Assembly: GCF_001194135.2 (NCBI RefSeq) | Contig: NC_068991.1 | Coordinates: 42,784,939-42,848,938, forward strand | Direction: 5' to 3' | DNA from: Octopus bimaculoides | Taxonomy: Eukaryota | Length of the DNA: 64,000 nucleotides | Shown here: positions 52,201 through 64,000 of the stretch, in pieces | Layout of the letters: each line of letters starts with the position of its first letter | Position numbering within the stretch: the first letter of the stretch is position 1 | Translations under genes and position numbers: made by a program | Notes under the pieces: model-generated | What the model was told of the DNA's origin: nothing | Seen by the model: the letters and a program-made list of their open reading frames with translations, nothing else | The model's database searches: none

Positions 52201-55200
52201 ACTTATTTTTGTGCTGTCCATCTGTTAGTTGAACCAAGAAATTATAGGACACAAAAGAACACAAACTAATATCTAATGTGTGTTTATCCAGAAAATATGC
52301 TAAGTTACTTCACTACTTTCTTAAAGATCTTACAGAATCTAAGATCATTACGCAGCAATTATTTTCCCTGAAAAATATATCATCAATAATGGTGTTACTG
52401 TTATATATCATCAATAATGGTGTTACTGTTATAATCAAAAATATTGCTAGCACAAAATGTGAGAGGCCTAAAAAATATCCATAGAGTTGGAATGTGCAGG
52501 AGTTGATAAGATGCCAGCAAACCAGCCAAAATGTGGAAATATATTGATTGACATTGTATAGGCTTTGATCTAACCAAGGACACCAGAATGAAATGAGGAT
52601 AAAATGTGCAATTCCATTTCTATGACTGTGCAACAATTCTGACCATGAGTTACCTGTTGGCATGCCTGTTATTAGATCCCCCTTAGTTGTTATTCATCAC
52701 CTTAGATTGAGTAAAAAGTGGAAAGATTTGATAGACAAAAAAATAGCACTATAAAATTTTAAAGGTAATCCTTACACAATCTACAACAAAGTATAACGTT
52801 GGTGCTTAACTGGCTTGTCTAACATTAAGAGAAAATACCTCTGAAGTGTATCATTTCTAAATTCCCCAGAAATGCCTATGATCTGCTTCTCATGGTTAGC
52901 TAAACTGAAATATCTTCCCCACATTCAATGAACTGTTTATAGCAGAGCTGATATCCTGATATAAGTTGGTTGTCTGATAAATTATCCATTAGCTACTTCA
53001 GTCTCTCTACACATGCACAGTACTCAAAGTTGCAAGTTTTCATAGGATGTTTATCGAAATATACAGCTATACCAGTATAATGTTTATCGTCGTTTTTTTT
53101 TGTTCAACTAAAGTGAGAATACATAAAGTAATTTTAGAATGGAAAACACATAAATTTCTGCAACCGTCCTGTTCCCCACACACAAGAAGGCAACATTATG
53201 AAATCTCACTTTCTCTTACACCCCCTACAAATACACTTTTCAATACAACAGCATGACTTATTTCCATAACATAGTTGGATGGACTAACATGTTGTCTTCT
53301 TCACTTCTGCTTATTTGGAATTGATGTCTAGAATAACTGAAAAGAGATTTCAATAAACTATATACCCTCAAAGCCTTTCTTCCTCATCTAGATTTTTCAC
53401 TTCTTCATTATTGCTGTTTATTTTGTTGGTGTAGTTGTTCCTCTATCAAAAAATATCCAAAAGCAGATAAGAAGAAAAAAGAAAAATTGTATAAAAAAAA
53501 ACAAAATAAAATTCCAGGAAGTAGATAAAAAAAAGAAAGAATACAATATCCAAAGTGAATTTTATGAATGATATTGATATTCGACATGAGTTTGGTTATT
53601 GCTATATTATTGTACTCCATTAAAAAGGCATATATTAAATTTTATTTTCTCCAGGGAAGTGAGTCTCAATGTTGTAAAAGAGAAAAATCTGCTATAATAA
53701 AAATTTTTTTTTAAACCAGAAACAAAAAACAAAAAAAATCACAGTTTGCTCATTGAACCAACTTCTCTAGCTTATATATCTGCTTTTCAAACAAGAAGCC
53801 AAAACACACTCACTCGTGTACCGGTCCCAGTATCTAAGCAGGCCATTTAATGTCAGTTTTCCATGTTGGCAACACATATTCTTCAAACAGAGTTACAATG
53901 AAATTAGCCTTGCAAAATTTGAAAGGAAAAAAAAAAACACCTCTCATATCTGACTCAGACAATCACAAAATACACGTAATTACTAAAATAACTGCAATAG
54001 ACTTGTTAGTATTTGCTTGGGTCATTTTAGGCAACCCNNNNNNNNNNNNNNNNNNNNNNNNNNNNNNNNNNNNNNNNNNNNNNNNNNNNNNNNNNNNNNN
54101 NNNNNNNNNNNNNNNNNNNNNNNNNNNNNNNNNNNNNNNNNNNNNNNNNNNNNAAAATAACTGCAATAGACTTGTTAGTATTTGCTTGGGTCATTTTAGG
54201 CAACCCTCCAAGCAGTTTCCTAGTCAGTCCCAATCTCCACAAGATATTTCATCCCATTTTGGGATAACTAATTCTGCTACACCAAGACTGAGTTGATGTG
54301 GGTATTTTCTACCACTTCTACCAGAACTGTTCAACCATACATGAACAGACTTGACAGCAAACAATACACCATGATTAACACATTCCTCCCTATACAGTTA
54401 AGCTTTGCTTGTAGAAGGGTGGTCCTACACTAGACTGAATACAACTAGGGCATTCTTTAGCATTTGATGAGATACCTCAGGTTAACTCTGATCCAGCAGA
54501 TCTGTGATCAAAGGCTTTTCATTCATGACAATCCCACCTGTTTTGCAGACAATGTATTCAGGACTGAACTACTGAATATGTCAACTTTTTTTTTTAACCC
54601 TTTAGCATTAATATTACTCTGTCAAATTTAAAACCTATTAGTCTACATTGTTTTGAATTAATCATACATTATTTTGTAACTTTGAGATTTCAATGATGTG
54701 ATTGTATATTTTTAGAATGGCATTGTAAAGTAGATGTAAGAGGCCAGATTTTGACAGTCTGGACATAAAACAAGTAGAATATTTGAGCCAGATATAACCA
54801 GCTTAAAGACAGTTAGGTATGATTTGAGTGAAGTTTGGCTACAAGTTTGACCATGTCAAGCAACTGCAAAAAGGCTCCCTTTGTGTCATAGAAATGTTCA
54901 AGCAAAACTAACTACAACAATTCAACAATAACTTTAACTCAAAATATTCGACTGGCTATTTCATATTTTACTTAACACAAACAGTGGATCTATTTAAATT
55001 ACATATGTACAGGAAATAAAAATACAAAACCAACAATGATATAAACAAATAAGAATTTTTTCCCCATTGTATATAAAGCATTGTTAATTTTAGGTATGGT
55101 TGTTGTTAAGAAATTTATTTCCCTGCCACATTGTTTTGGGTTCAGTACCATTACGTGGTACCTTGGGCAAGTATCTTCTACACTAGACCATCCAAAGCCT

Positions 55201-56739
55201 CGTGAATGAATTTAGTATATGAAAAACTGAAAAAAGCTTGTCATATGTATTCATGTGTGTATTTTCTTGTCTTGATATCATACAATAGTTATAAGTAATT
55301 GTCACCATAATTCAAGAGATGGCCTTTATTTCCAATTTTCTGTGTAAACAAGTCCAACCATGGGGAAATATGGCCTTGCTTGGAAACAGGCAAGGGCTGG
55401 TGACAGCAAACACATCCAGTTTTTCATCTGTCATGACTATGTGACATGTGGCCAACCAATACAAGTCACCATCCCAGCCGGATCCTCTGAGAAGTGAACA
55501 TGATATGCAAGATCCAACTTATAAAATTGAGCAACATGAGCAAACAGTCTGAGCTGATGCTCCCAAATCATACAAGTAACAGGATGCATCCCAATTTGAG
55601 TATAGTTATTCTTAACTCTATGCTCCAAATAATAGATGGTGGTGGTTGTTGCAGTTTAGCCCAGCTTAACTATTTGATGAAAAGGTGTTCTAATTGGGAT
55701 CATCTGGTCTTTTTGTATAACAAGGCTTACACCAGTTCAATGTATATCTATTTAAGACAACAGGCATGATTTGAAGGGGATATGGCTATCAGTTCCAGCA
55801 GGCCAAGCAACTATATAGAGGCAACCTCTACATGATTGATTTAATAAGCCATCAATCACTTCAATGCTAAGTTTATCATTCACTATAATCACATCTTAAT
55901 ATTCAGAGCATTAGGTACGAATAACTGTGAAATATGTTTTCTATAGGAAAACAGAATTTAAATAGTAGTCATATTCCAGAATAACAATAAAAAGGATTTC
56001 TTACTTTGACATAAGATTACAATTTCACAAATGAGAATGTGTGATATTCATGCCTTATCAATGGAACTAACAGCACATGTGAGCTACAGGTGAGTATTGA
56101 AATCAAGTTGTAAACTTCATTAGGAGAGAATTTACATCCATTCCTTTATCAAAAAACAACTTAATATTCATTTTCACATCATGTTATGGACAGGACAGGT
56201 CTTACATGATTTGATATTTCATTTCAGGTGGCAAGCTGGCAGAATCGTTAGTGCTCTGGGCAAAATGCTTAACGACATTCTGTTTGTCTCTATGTTCTGA
56301 GTTGAAATTCTGCCAAGGTCAACTTTACCTTTCATCCTTTTCAGGTTGATAAATTAAGTGCCAGTGGAATGCTGGAGTCAATATAATTGACTAGTCCTTT
56401 CCCCAAAAATTTCAGGCCCTGTAACTTTAATAGAAAGGGTTATTTGATATTTCATCATGGTCCACAAAATTTGGCACACACAGCAACAGAAGACTAGCTA
56501 ACTTTGTTGTTGTGCTTGGCTTAAAATGTGGACTTTTATCATACCATTCTGCATTGAAGAAGTTGTCAGAAGTTAGACTAGAATCCTTTCTATCTGTATT
56601 AGCTCTTACTTGGAATTATTGTCTTCACAGGGCTGGGACACCCCTTCTAACACTAACCACTTTACAGAGTGCACTGGGTGCATTTTATCATGCCACCACA
56701 CTGGCAAGGTCTCTTCTATCCTGTATTGGTTCTTATTTT

Positions 56740-56939
56740 CTTTTATACATTTCAGTCATTTGGCTGCGGCCATGCTGGAGTACTACCTTGAAGGGTTTTA
56801 GTGGAAGAAATTGACCCCAGGACTTATTCTTTGTAAGCCTAGTACTTATTCTATCGGTCTCCCCTGCTGAACCACCAAGCTACAGGGACATAAACACACC
56901 AACATCGGTTATCAAGCGATGGTGGGGGGACAAACACAG

Positions 56940-57012
<73 letters not shown>

Positions 57013-57418
57013 CATATACACTACGGGCTTCTTTCAGTTCCATCTACCAAATCCACTCACAAGGCTTTGGTCAACCCAAAGCTATAGTAGAAGACACTTG
57101 CTCAAGGTGCCACGCAGCAGGACTGAACTTGGAACCATGTGGTTGGGAAGCAAGCTTCTTATTTCTTGATTGCCCACAATGGGCTAAACATAGAGGGAAC
57201 AAACAAGGACAAAGGGATTAAATCAATTACATCGACCCCAGTGTGTAACTGGTACTTAATTTATCAACCCCAAAAGGATGAAAGGGAAAGTCGACCGCGG
57301 CAGAATTTGAACTCAGAACGTAATAGCAGACGAAATACCACTAAGCATTTCATTAGGCGTGCTAACATTTCTGCCAACTCGCTGCCTTAAGCAAGATTCT
57401 TACCAAACAGCGACGCCT
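56740..57418 (-). mobile_element. Full-length SINE-A interrupted in its head by a SINE-B (57161-57388)
   Basis: TSD aagcaagcttctt (57148-57160) / aagcaagattctt (57389-57401); the rest of the host head is at 57402-57418. Confidence 0.92.
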
Positions 57419-60177
57419 GCACATATACCAAGCTTTTGTATTTTTAGATGGGCAGCCTGTGATTGTGGCTTGCAGAATCTATGCTTTGCTTGTATAGTAC
57501 ATTTTTTTGGTGGCAGGTGAATAGGGAGGAGCATATTGTCTATGGTCAAATGCTTTTTACAATAATAATAGTAATGAAAATGATGTAGTAAATAAATAAA
57601 TATGAACACAAAATTATTTATTAAAGAGGAAATAAAAATACATCTATAAAATGTAATGAACTGTTGTTAATTCTTTGTCCTTTTTTAACACTTTTCATAT
57701 TGCTTTGAATGCAAATATAGGTTTTGTGTTTCTGCAAAATTTCAAATTATTACATATTTTTAGGAATTTTTTTATGACTAAATATCCTACTGAGTATTAT
57801 AGTCACTTAAATGCTATGTAAACTGAGGTAATTTGAGCAATGTACCATATTTACAAGCATTGTGCACTACAGCCATTATCTTGTACAAATTAATAAACAA
57901 TGTAGTATCTCACTCAGTATCTCACTTAGTCAGCACATCATAATGTTTGAAGATTTACAATGTATTTGCTCAGTTGAATGTTCCTATAACTTCTATCGAC
58001 TTAAAAATGAGTAGAACTTTATATTCAGCTAAGAAAAAACGATCCATTGCCTGACTGTGTTTCTTCTTTCTGCTCTTGTGGTTTTGCTGATAGCCAGGCA
58101 CTTGTTGTGACCCAAGTGGTTGTCATTCCTCTTTCTGAGGCAATAATTTTAAATATTTTGCCTAATTGTTCCTTCCCAGGGCAACATCTTCTGGAATAAT
58201 TTTCCCATTCATGTTTACCTCTCCAACTACTAACCCACAATCAGATTCAATATTTACAATAACCTCATTTAGTCTAACAAGATATAAAAATTCAAAAGCA
58301 CTGCTTTGAAAATAAAAGAGAATACATTATAGAATATTTGCAACTAGATTTTGAATATGAATAAAATGTTCTGCAGTTCAATGCCTAAGTAAAAACAAAA
58401 TATAAGTATGTGGTCACTTGCCCTACTAGAGAAAGTGATAACATTTTCTTCAACTGTTTTAAATATGAACACATTATACAATGTAACCCTAGATAGATTA
58501 TGTCTGAAAAAAAAAATGAGAGGATGGTCATGGCAAGCATTGCTTTGATCAGGGATGGCAAGATACTAAACAATAACACTGCAGATTTCATGTATATGTG
58601 AAACAATTTAATTTCTTATAGGTTCACACCAAGTTTATGACATACATTTCCAACATGTGCTGAAAGTGCTGGAGAATCAAACTCACACACACATCAAAGA
58701 AACAGAAATACAGATAATGGTCTGTTACTTTAGAGTTATCAGCTGAATAGAACAAAAGCTTTGCAGTTTGAAGAGAGGAGACCAAGCCACTGCCTTAATT
58801 GTAAAGTGAAAAATAGAATTAAAATTACTTTCATCTTTTTTTTTTTCAACTTTTATGTCCCCTTAGATTCTAACACTAGATTTATAAGAGAAGAAAAATG
58901 GGAGATTGTGATATTCAAGCTTTTCCACTGTCTCTTTTTAGAGATATTAGTAGAGCTTCTCCAGTCGAAACCCTATGCATTATCTATCACTTATCTGTTC
59001 ATGTCACGTTCATTAATAATGAAATATGCGATTATAACATTTAATAAAAAATCTTCCACAACTAAAAAGTGATTTAGAAGAACAATGGTTGTTTGTGCCA
59101 TGTCAAAGATCATGGGTTCTAATAGCATTGCATTGTTAATGAGCCTAATTAAACAATAAAATTCACTTTCACTTTATGGTAGAATGGATTGTGAAGATTT
59201 CTCAGAAACAAAGACATGGAATGTATAGAGTAGGAACAGTATAAGTGAAATAACTGCAACCAAGAGTTAAAATGAGAACATTAACTCATTTCACCCAGAT
59301 CACAATCTTAATTTACTGCACATGAATCCACAAATCAGTATCTTAAGTACACAGTTTCAGTGCTTAGAAACTAGTTGGAGATTATAATGTTTGAAAAGTT
59401 CAAGGTATTTAGGACATCATCATCCCCATTTAATATCTAATTTTCCAGGCTTGCATGGGATAGACAGAATTTGTTAAAGCAGCTTTTCTATAGCCAGATG
59501 CCCTTGTTGATGTCAACCTTCACCTGTTTCCAAGCAAGGTAACACTTTGCCATGGCCAGACATGTTTTCATGGAAGGTTGAAAAGGAATGACACCACTTG
59601 TATGAAGGTGACACTTGTTTAACAACCATCATGCAATGTTAACACAAAGAGACACACACATATTTTTTACTGGTTTCAGTCATTTGACTGCGGCAATGAC
59701 AGGACATCACCTTGAAAAGTTTAGTCAAACAAATCAACCCTAGGGCTTATTCTATAGGTCTCTTTTGCTGAACTGCTTGCTAACTTATGGGAAAGTAAAC
59801 AAACCAATACCAGTCATCAAGTGGAGAAAGGGAACAAGCACAAACACAGATATATATATATATATAAATATAAAAATCAAAATCGCTGATGTGGCTGATG
59901 ACAGTACTGCCTGATTGGCACTTATGCCAGTGGAATGTTAAAAGCACATCCGAGCGTGATCGTTGCCAGAACCGCCTCACTGGCCCTCGTGCAGGTGGCA
60001 CGTAAAAGCACCCACTACACTCTCTTTGTAGTGGTTGGTGTTAGAAAGGGCATCCAGCTGTAGAAATTTTGCCAGATTAGATTGGAGCCTGGCGTAGCCT
60101 TCTAGCTCATCAGTCCTCAGTCAAACCGTCCAACCCATGCCAGCAAGAAAAGCGGATGTTAAACAACGATGATGATG

Positions 60178-60223
<46 letters not shown>

Positions 60224-62267
60224 GGGGGGGGAGAAACACACACACACACACACAATGGGCTTCTTTCAGCTTTAGTTTTTCAAATCCTTTCATAAGGCTT
60301 TGTCAGGCCAAAATGCCATGAAGTGAGACTGAACCCAGAACCATGTAGATGAGAAGCAAACTTTCCTACCACACAGCCATGCCTGCATCTTGAGAATATT
60401 GTGCCACTTACAGAAAGACATTATATTGTAGACTCATCTACTTCATACCAAAACAGATAAAAATAACGATGATGATGAAAATATTTGGAATAGCAAGCTC
60501 AACTAACCTAACACAATTTATATTAGTTTATCATAGATGCTAGAGGTAAATTATTTAAAGAAATATATTTAGTGAATGTTATAAAAGGAATGAGCAGATG
60601 AATATTTTAATAGATCTATTCATACAAGGAAAAAAATCACAACACAAAGATGCTTTCAGTTATTTCATTCAAGCATTAAATATCTGGAAGATGGCTTTTT
60701 GATGAAAAGACTATCCAGTGCAGTCTGTCATACAAAAGAACTAACTCCTTATATTAAAGATGTAAACCATTGCTGTTAACTTCTGTAGAAAATTAGAGCT
60801 TTGAGCTATAGTGCTAAGACTCAAAGTACAAAATTCATAATGTTTATGGTTATTACAATGCTAAACCAAATAAGGAAAACTGTTCAGTACTTAGTCGAGT
60901 AGAGCAAAAGACAGAGAAAGGAAAATAGAAAATAGTCGTTTTAATCCTTTAGCATTTAAACTGGCCATATCCAACCCAAATATTCAACCTTGTTTTACAT
61001 TCAAGCTATCTAGATTCAGCCTCTCACACCTATTCTTCAATGTCATTTTAAAAATAAACAACCAAATTATCAAAATCTCAAAGCTATAAAATAATGCATG
61101 ATTAATTCAAAACTATGTAAACAGATAAGCATTACATTTGTCAGAGTAATTGGAATGCAAAAGGGTTAATGATCCATAGGGGCAAGCATTGCTGTGTGGT
61201 TAGAAGTTTCCTTCCCAACCATATGGTTCCGGGTTCAATCTCACAGTATGGCATCTTGGACATGTGTCTTCTGCTATAACCTCAGGCCAACCAAAGCTTT
61301 GTGAGTAGATTTGGTACACAGTAACTAAAAGAAGCCCATCAAAAAGTAGATGTAAAAATGATGATGATGATGATGATCCATCTAACCTAAAGACAGGAAA
61401 AAAAAATGCATATTGGTGGTAATATTTCAAAATGAACACACCTTAACGGGGGCTCAATTTCAGTAAACTAGAATTAGAATGATGAAACCTGGTACAAGCA
61501 TTTTCAAAGAATATCCAAGACTTCATCACTGAACCATCGATCAACAATTTTATCAAACTTATTCCAGTCAGCCAATAAAATAGTTTTTGAAGATTTGCCA
61601 TGAATTTGATATAGTTGAGTCTCAAACTGCTTAACAACACATAGAACTTATTATATTCAGCTAAAATGATCCAGGGCTGTCATCCTATATTTCTTGTCTA
61701 AGATTTCACTAACTCAGCAAAAGTAGACTGAAATGAACAACTGATGACCCGTTAGATATGTTGATTAATTATGAGATCAAAGCCTGGACTGGCCAATCGA
61801 ACATTTTATCTCCTAAGGATTCAGTAAAAAAAGCACCAATGTCAAAACCAGGTTAAATTTAGTACTCAGTTTGAGGGTTACTACAATTAACTATTCCGAT
61901 TTGGAGAAGAGCTTGGTTATACAACCAGAATTTCGGAATCATAACTTCCTCTTAATACACATACAACTGATTCTTTTGTTGTTAAAAATTTAAAAAACAA
62001 AAAAAAAAAACCTTTAAAAAGTTAATTTTCTCTACTTCATAATACAAACTTTTCTTGAACAGGAATTAGAAAGTTGCAGGTATTTTAGGTAATTTGAATA
62101 ATATTGGGCAAACACAACTACAGTTAGCAATAAAAAAATTACCTTTTTCCAATATTAGTAAAGTAGACAATGTGAAAACAATAAATAAAATATAGAAAGT
62201 AAAGGACAAAAGAATGAAATAATAATATACACATATAACCCATGCCAGCATAGAAAATGGCCATTAA

Positions 62268-62302
<35 letters not shown>

Positions 62303-62807
62303 ATATATATATATATATANNNNNNNNNNNNNNNNNNNNNNNNNNNNNNNNNNNNNNNNNNNNNNNNNNNNNNNNNNNNNNNNNNNNNNNNNNNNNNNNN
62401 NNNNNNNNNNNNNNNNNNNNNNNNNNNNNNNNNNNNNNNNNNNNNNNNNNNNNNNNNNNNNNNNNNNNNNNNNNNNNNNNNNNNNNNNNNNNNNNNNNNN
62501 NNNNNNNNNNNNNNNNNNNNNNNNNNNNNNNNNNNNNNNNNNNNNNNNNNNNNNNNNNNNNNNNNNNNNNNNNNNNNNNNNNNNNNNNNNNNNNNNNNNN
62601 NNNNNNNNNNNNNNNNNNNNNNNNNNNNNNNNNNNNNNNNNNNNNNNNNNNNNNNNNNNNNNNNNNNNNNNNNNNNNNNNNNNNNNNNNNNNNNNNNNNN
62701 NNNNNNNNNNNNNNNNNNNNNNNNNNNNNNNNNNNNNNNNNNNNNNNNNNNNNNNNNNNNNNNNNNNNNNNNNNNNNNNNNNNNNNNNNNNNNNNNNNNN
62801 NNNNNNN

Positions 62808-62843
<36 letters not shown>

Positions 62844-63179
62844 AGTATGTACATATATGTATGTATATATGCATATATATTTTATTCATATTATTATATG
62901 ATTGAATGCCACGCATCCATTTCCAAGTAAGTTTATCTTAATAATTTTGATGTGACTCTACCCTGTAATGTTCTCTCTCTCCCCCTTTGTTTTCTCTCTC
63001 TTCCTTTCTCTAATTCTTTTCCCTCCCCTTCTCCCCGTTTCGTTTTTTCTCTCTCATCCTTTCTCTAATTTTTTTCTCCCCTTCACCGTTTTCTATCTGT
63101 CTGTCTGTCTGTCTCTCTCCCTCCCTCTTCCTCCTTTACTCTCTCTCATTGCTCACATGTGACCATCATCCATCTTTCT

Positions 63180-63610
63180 TTTCTTCACGTGATCATCGTT
63201 CTTTTCCCTCAGTCTGTCGCACAGATCAGACGCATTTTTATCTGTCTCCTTTCCTATTTTTTCTCTTGTCAAAGAATATTCCTCCAGCGTTCACTACCTT
63301 ACCACATCTGGCCTAACGAACCTCCATGTTTGTTGTGATTTGTTTTATTGTATGTCTCCATGTCTCCACTGTCATATTTTTGTTACCAACTTTGACCCTC
63401 TGCAAATCCTAAATTTTATTTTGGTTCATGGGAGCAACTGTTTTCCAAAGCCTCATACTGTTGTTAATTGCTCGAAATGTGGAGTAGATGAACAGCCGAC
63501 AGCTGATGACAGGTCGTTCTTTATGTTACTTGTCTTGTTTTCCATTTGTTTCTCTCGTTCACATATCCAAGTTTGCACTTGTATTTCATGTTGTTTACAT
63601 TTTGTGATGT
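63180..63610 (+). mobile_element. Possible Penelope-like terminal (non-coding) region
   Basis: Pyrimidine-rich UTR-like sequence with a hammerhead-like scaffold (63424-63493) and a ctgatga at 63503. No ORF support. Confidence 0.3.
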
Positions 63611-63633
63611 CCCGTACCCATTTATGCATATAT

Positions 63634-64000
63634 ATCTTAGCCTATGCCCCTCAACCGGGGATACCGGATGGTCTGAAAGACCAATTCTATGACACCCTCT
63701 TGCAAACTACCTCGTCTACAAGAGACAGGGACCTTCTCTTTGTGGCTGGTGACTTCAATGGTCATGTCGGACGTCGTGCTGGAGGCTTCCATGGCATACA
63801 TGGAGGCTATGGTTTCGGTTCCCACAATGAGGAGGGAACCAGACTGCTGGAGTTCTGTGATGCAACCGATCTTATGGCTTGCAATACCAACTTCAGGAAA
63901 CCTGCCTGTCACCTAGTCACCTACCGATCCGGCAGACACTCTAGCCAAATCGACTACATCCTCGACAGAAATAGAGAAAGAGGGAGGCTTATAAATGCCA
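63634..64000 (+). mobile_element. RTE LINE apurinic endonuclease domain; open frame running off the window end
   Basis: ILAYAPQPG...KDQFYD.L...FVAGDFNGHVG...GGYGFGSHNEEGTRLLEFC...NTNF...VTYRSG..SSQIDYIL, about 122 codons without a stop. Confidence 0.92.

Noticed and set aside
53226-53300. MTYFHN... start resembling an SRP9 N-terminus
   Set aside because: It is on the wrong strand and lacks the WEEF/DP.K motifs and a donor site.
53985-54206. Identical 53-bp sequence on both sides of the 54038-54153 gap
   Set aside because: Typical unmerged contig overlap; it cannot be distinguished from a real tandem repeat without reads.
61441-61900. DNA-transposon-like terminus (ttaacggggg...) with short coding-like stretches on the minus strand
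   Set aside because: No partner TIR and no recognisable transposase motif.

Overview
AT-rich, repeat-saturated animal genomic DNA with eight N gaps and no prokaryotic features (no operons, CRISPR arrays, rRNA or true tRNA genes). The repeat families and microsatellite load suggest an octopus or other cephalopod; this is an inference. One host gene is recognisable: SRP9 on the minus strand, with two coding exons (47904-47972 and 38419-38517) and the first coding exon not found. The rest is transposon material: many RTE-clade LINE fragments, two Penelope-like GIY-YIG fragments, two mariners (one full length), a hAT transposase, a Gypsy pol relic, a probable non-autonomous Helitron, several MITEs and several tRNA-headed SINE families (working labels here: SINE-A, -B, -C). 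Best lead: an ORF1-only (HAL1-like, Tx1/L1-type gag) retroelement at 1253-2719 and a SINE-B subfamily share a 3' tail ending in a small stem-loop plus AAGAAAT(A). All three copies of that tail that I found are inserted, in the host's orientation and with 13-15 bp target duplications, into tRNA-like SINE heads, two of them at essentially the same nucleotide. Second lead: a near-canonical type I hammerhead ribozyme at 29031-29098. All alignments were done by eye; repeat boundaries are approximate unless a TSD or TIR is quoted.
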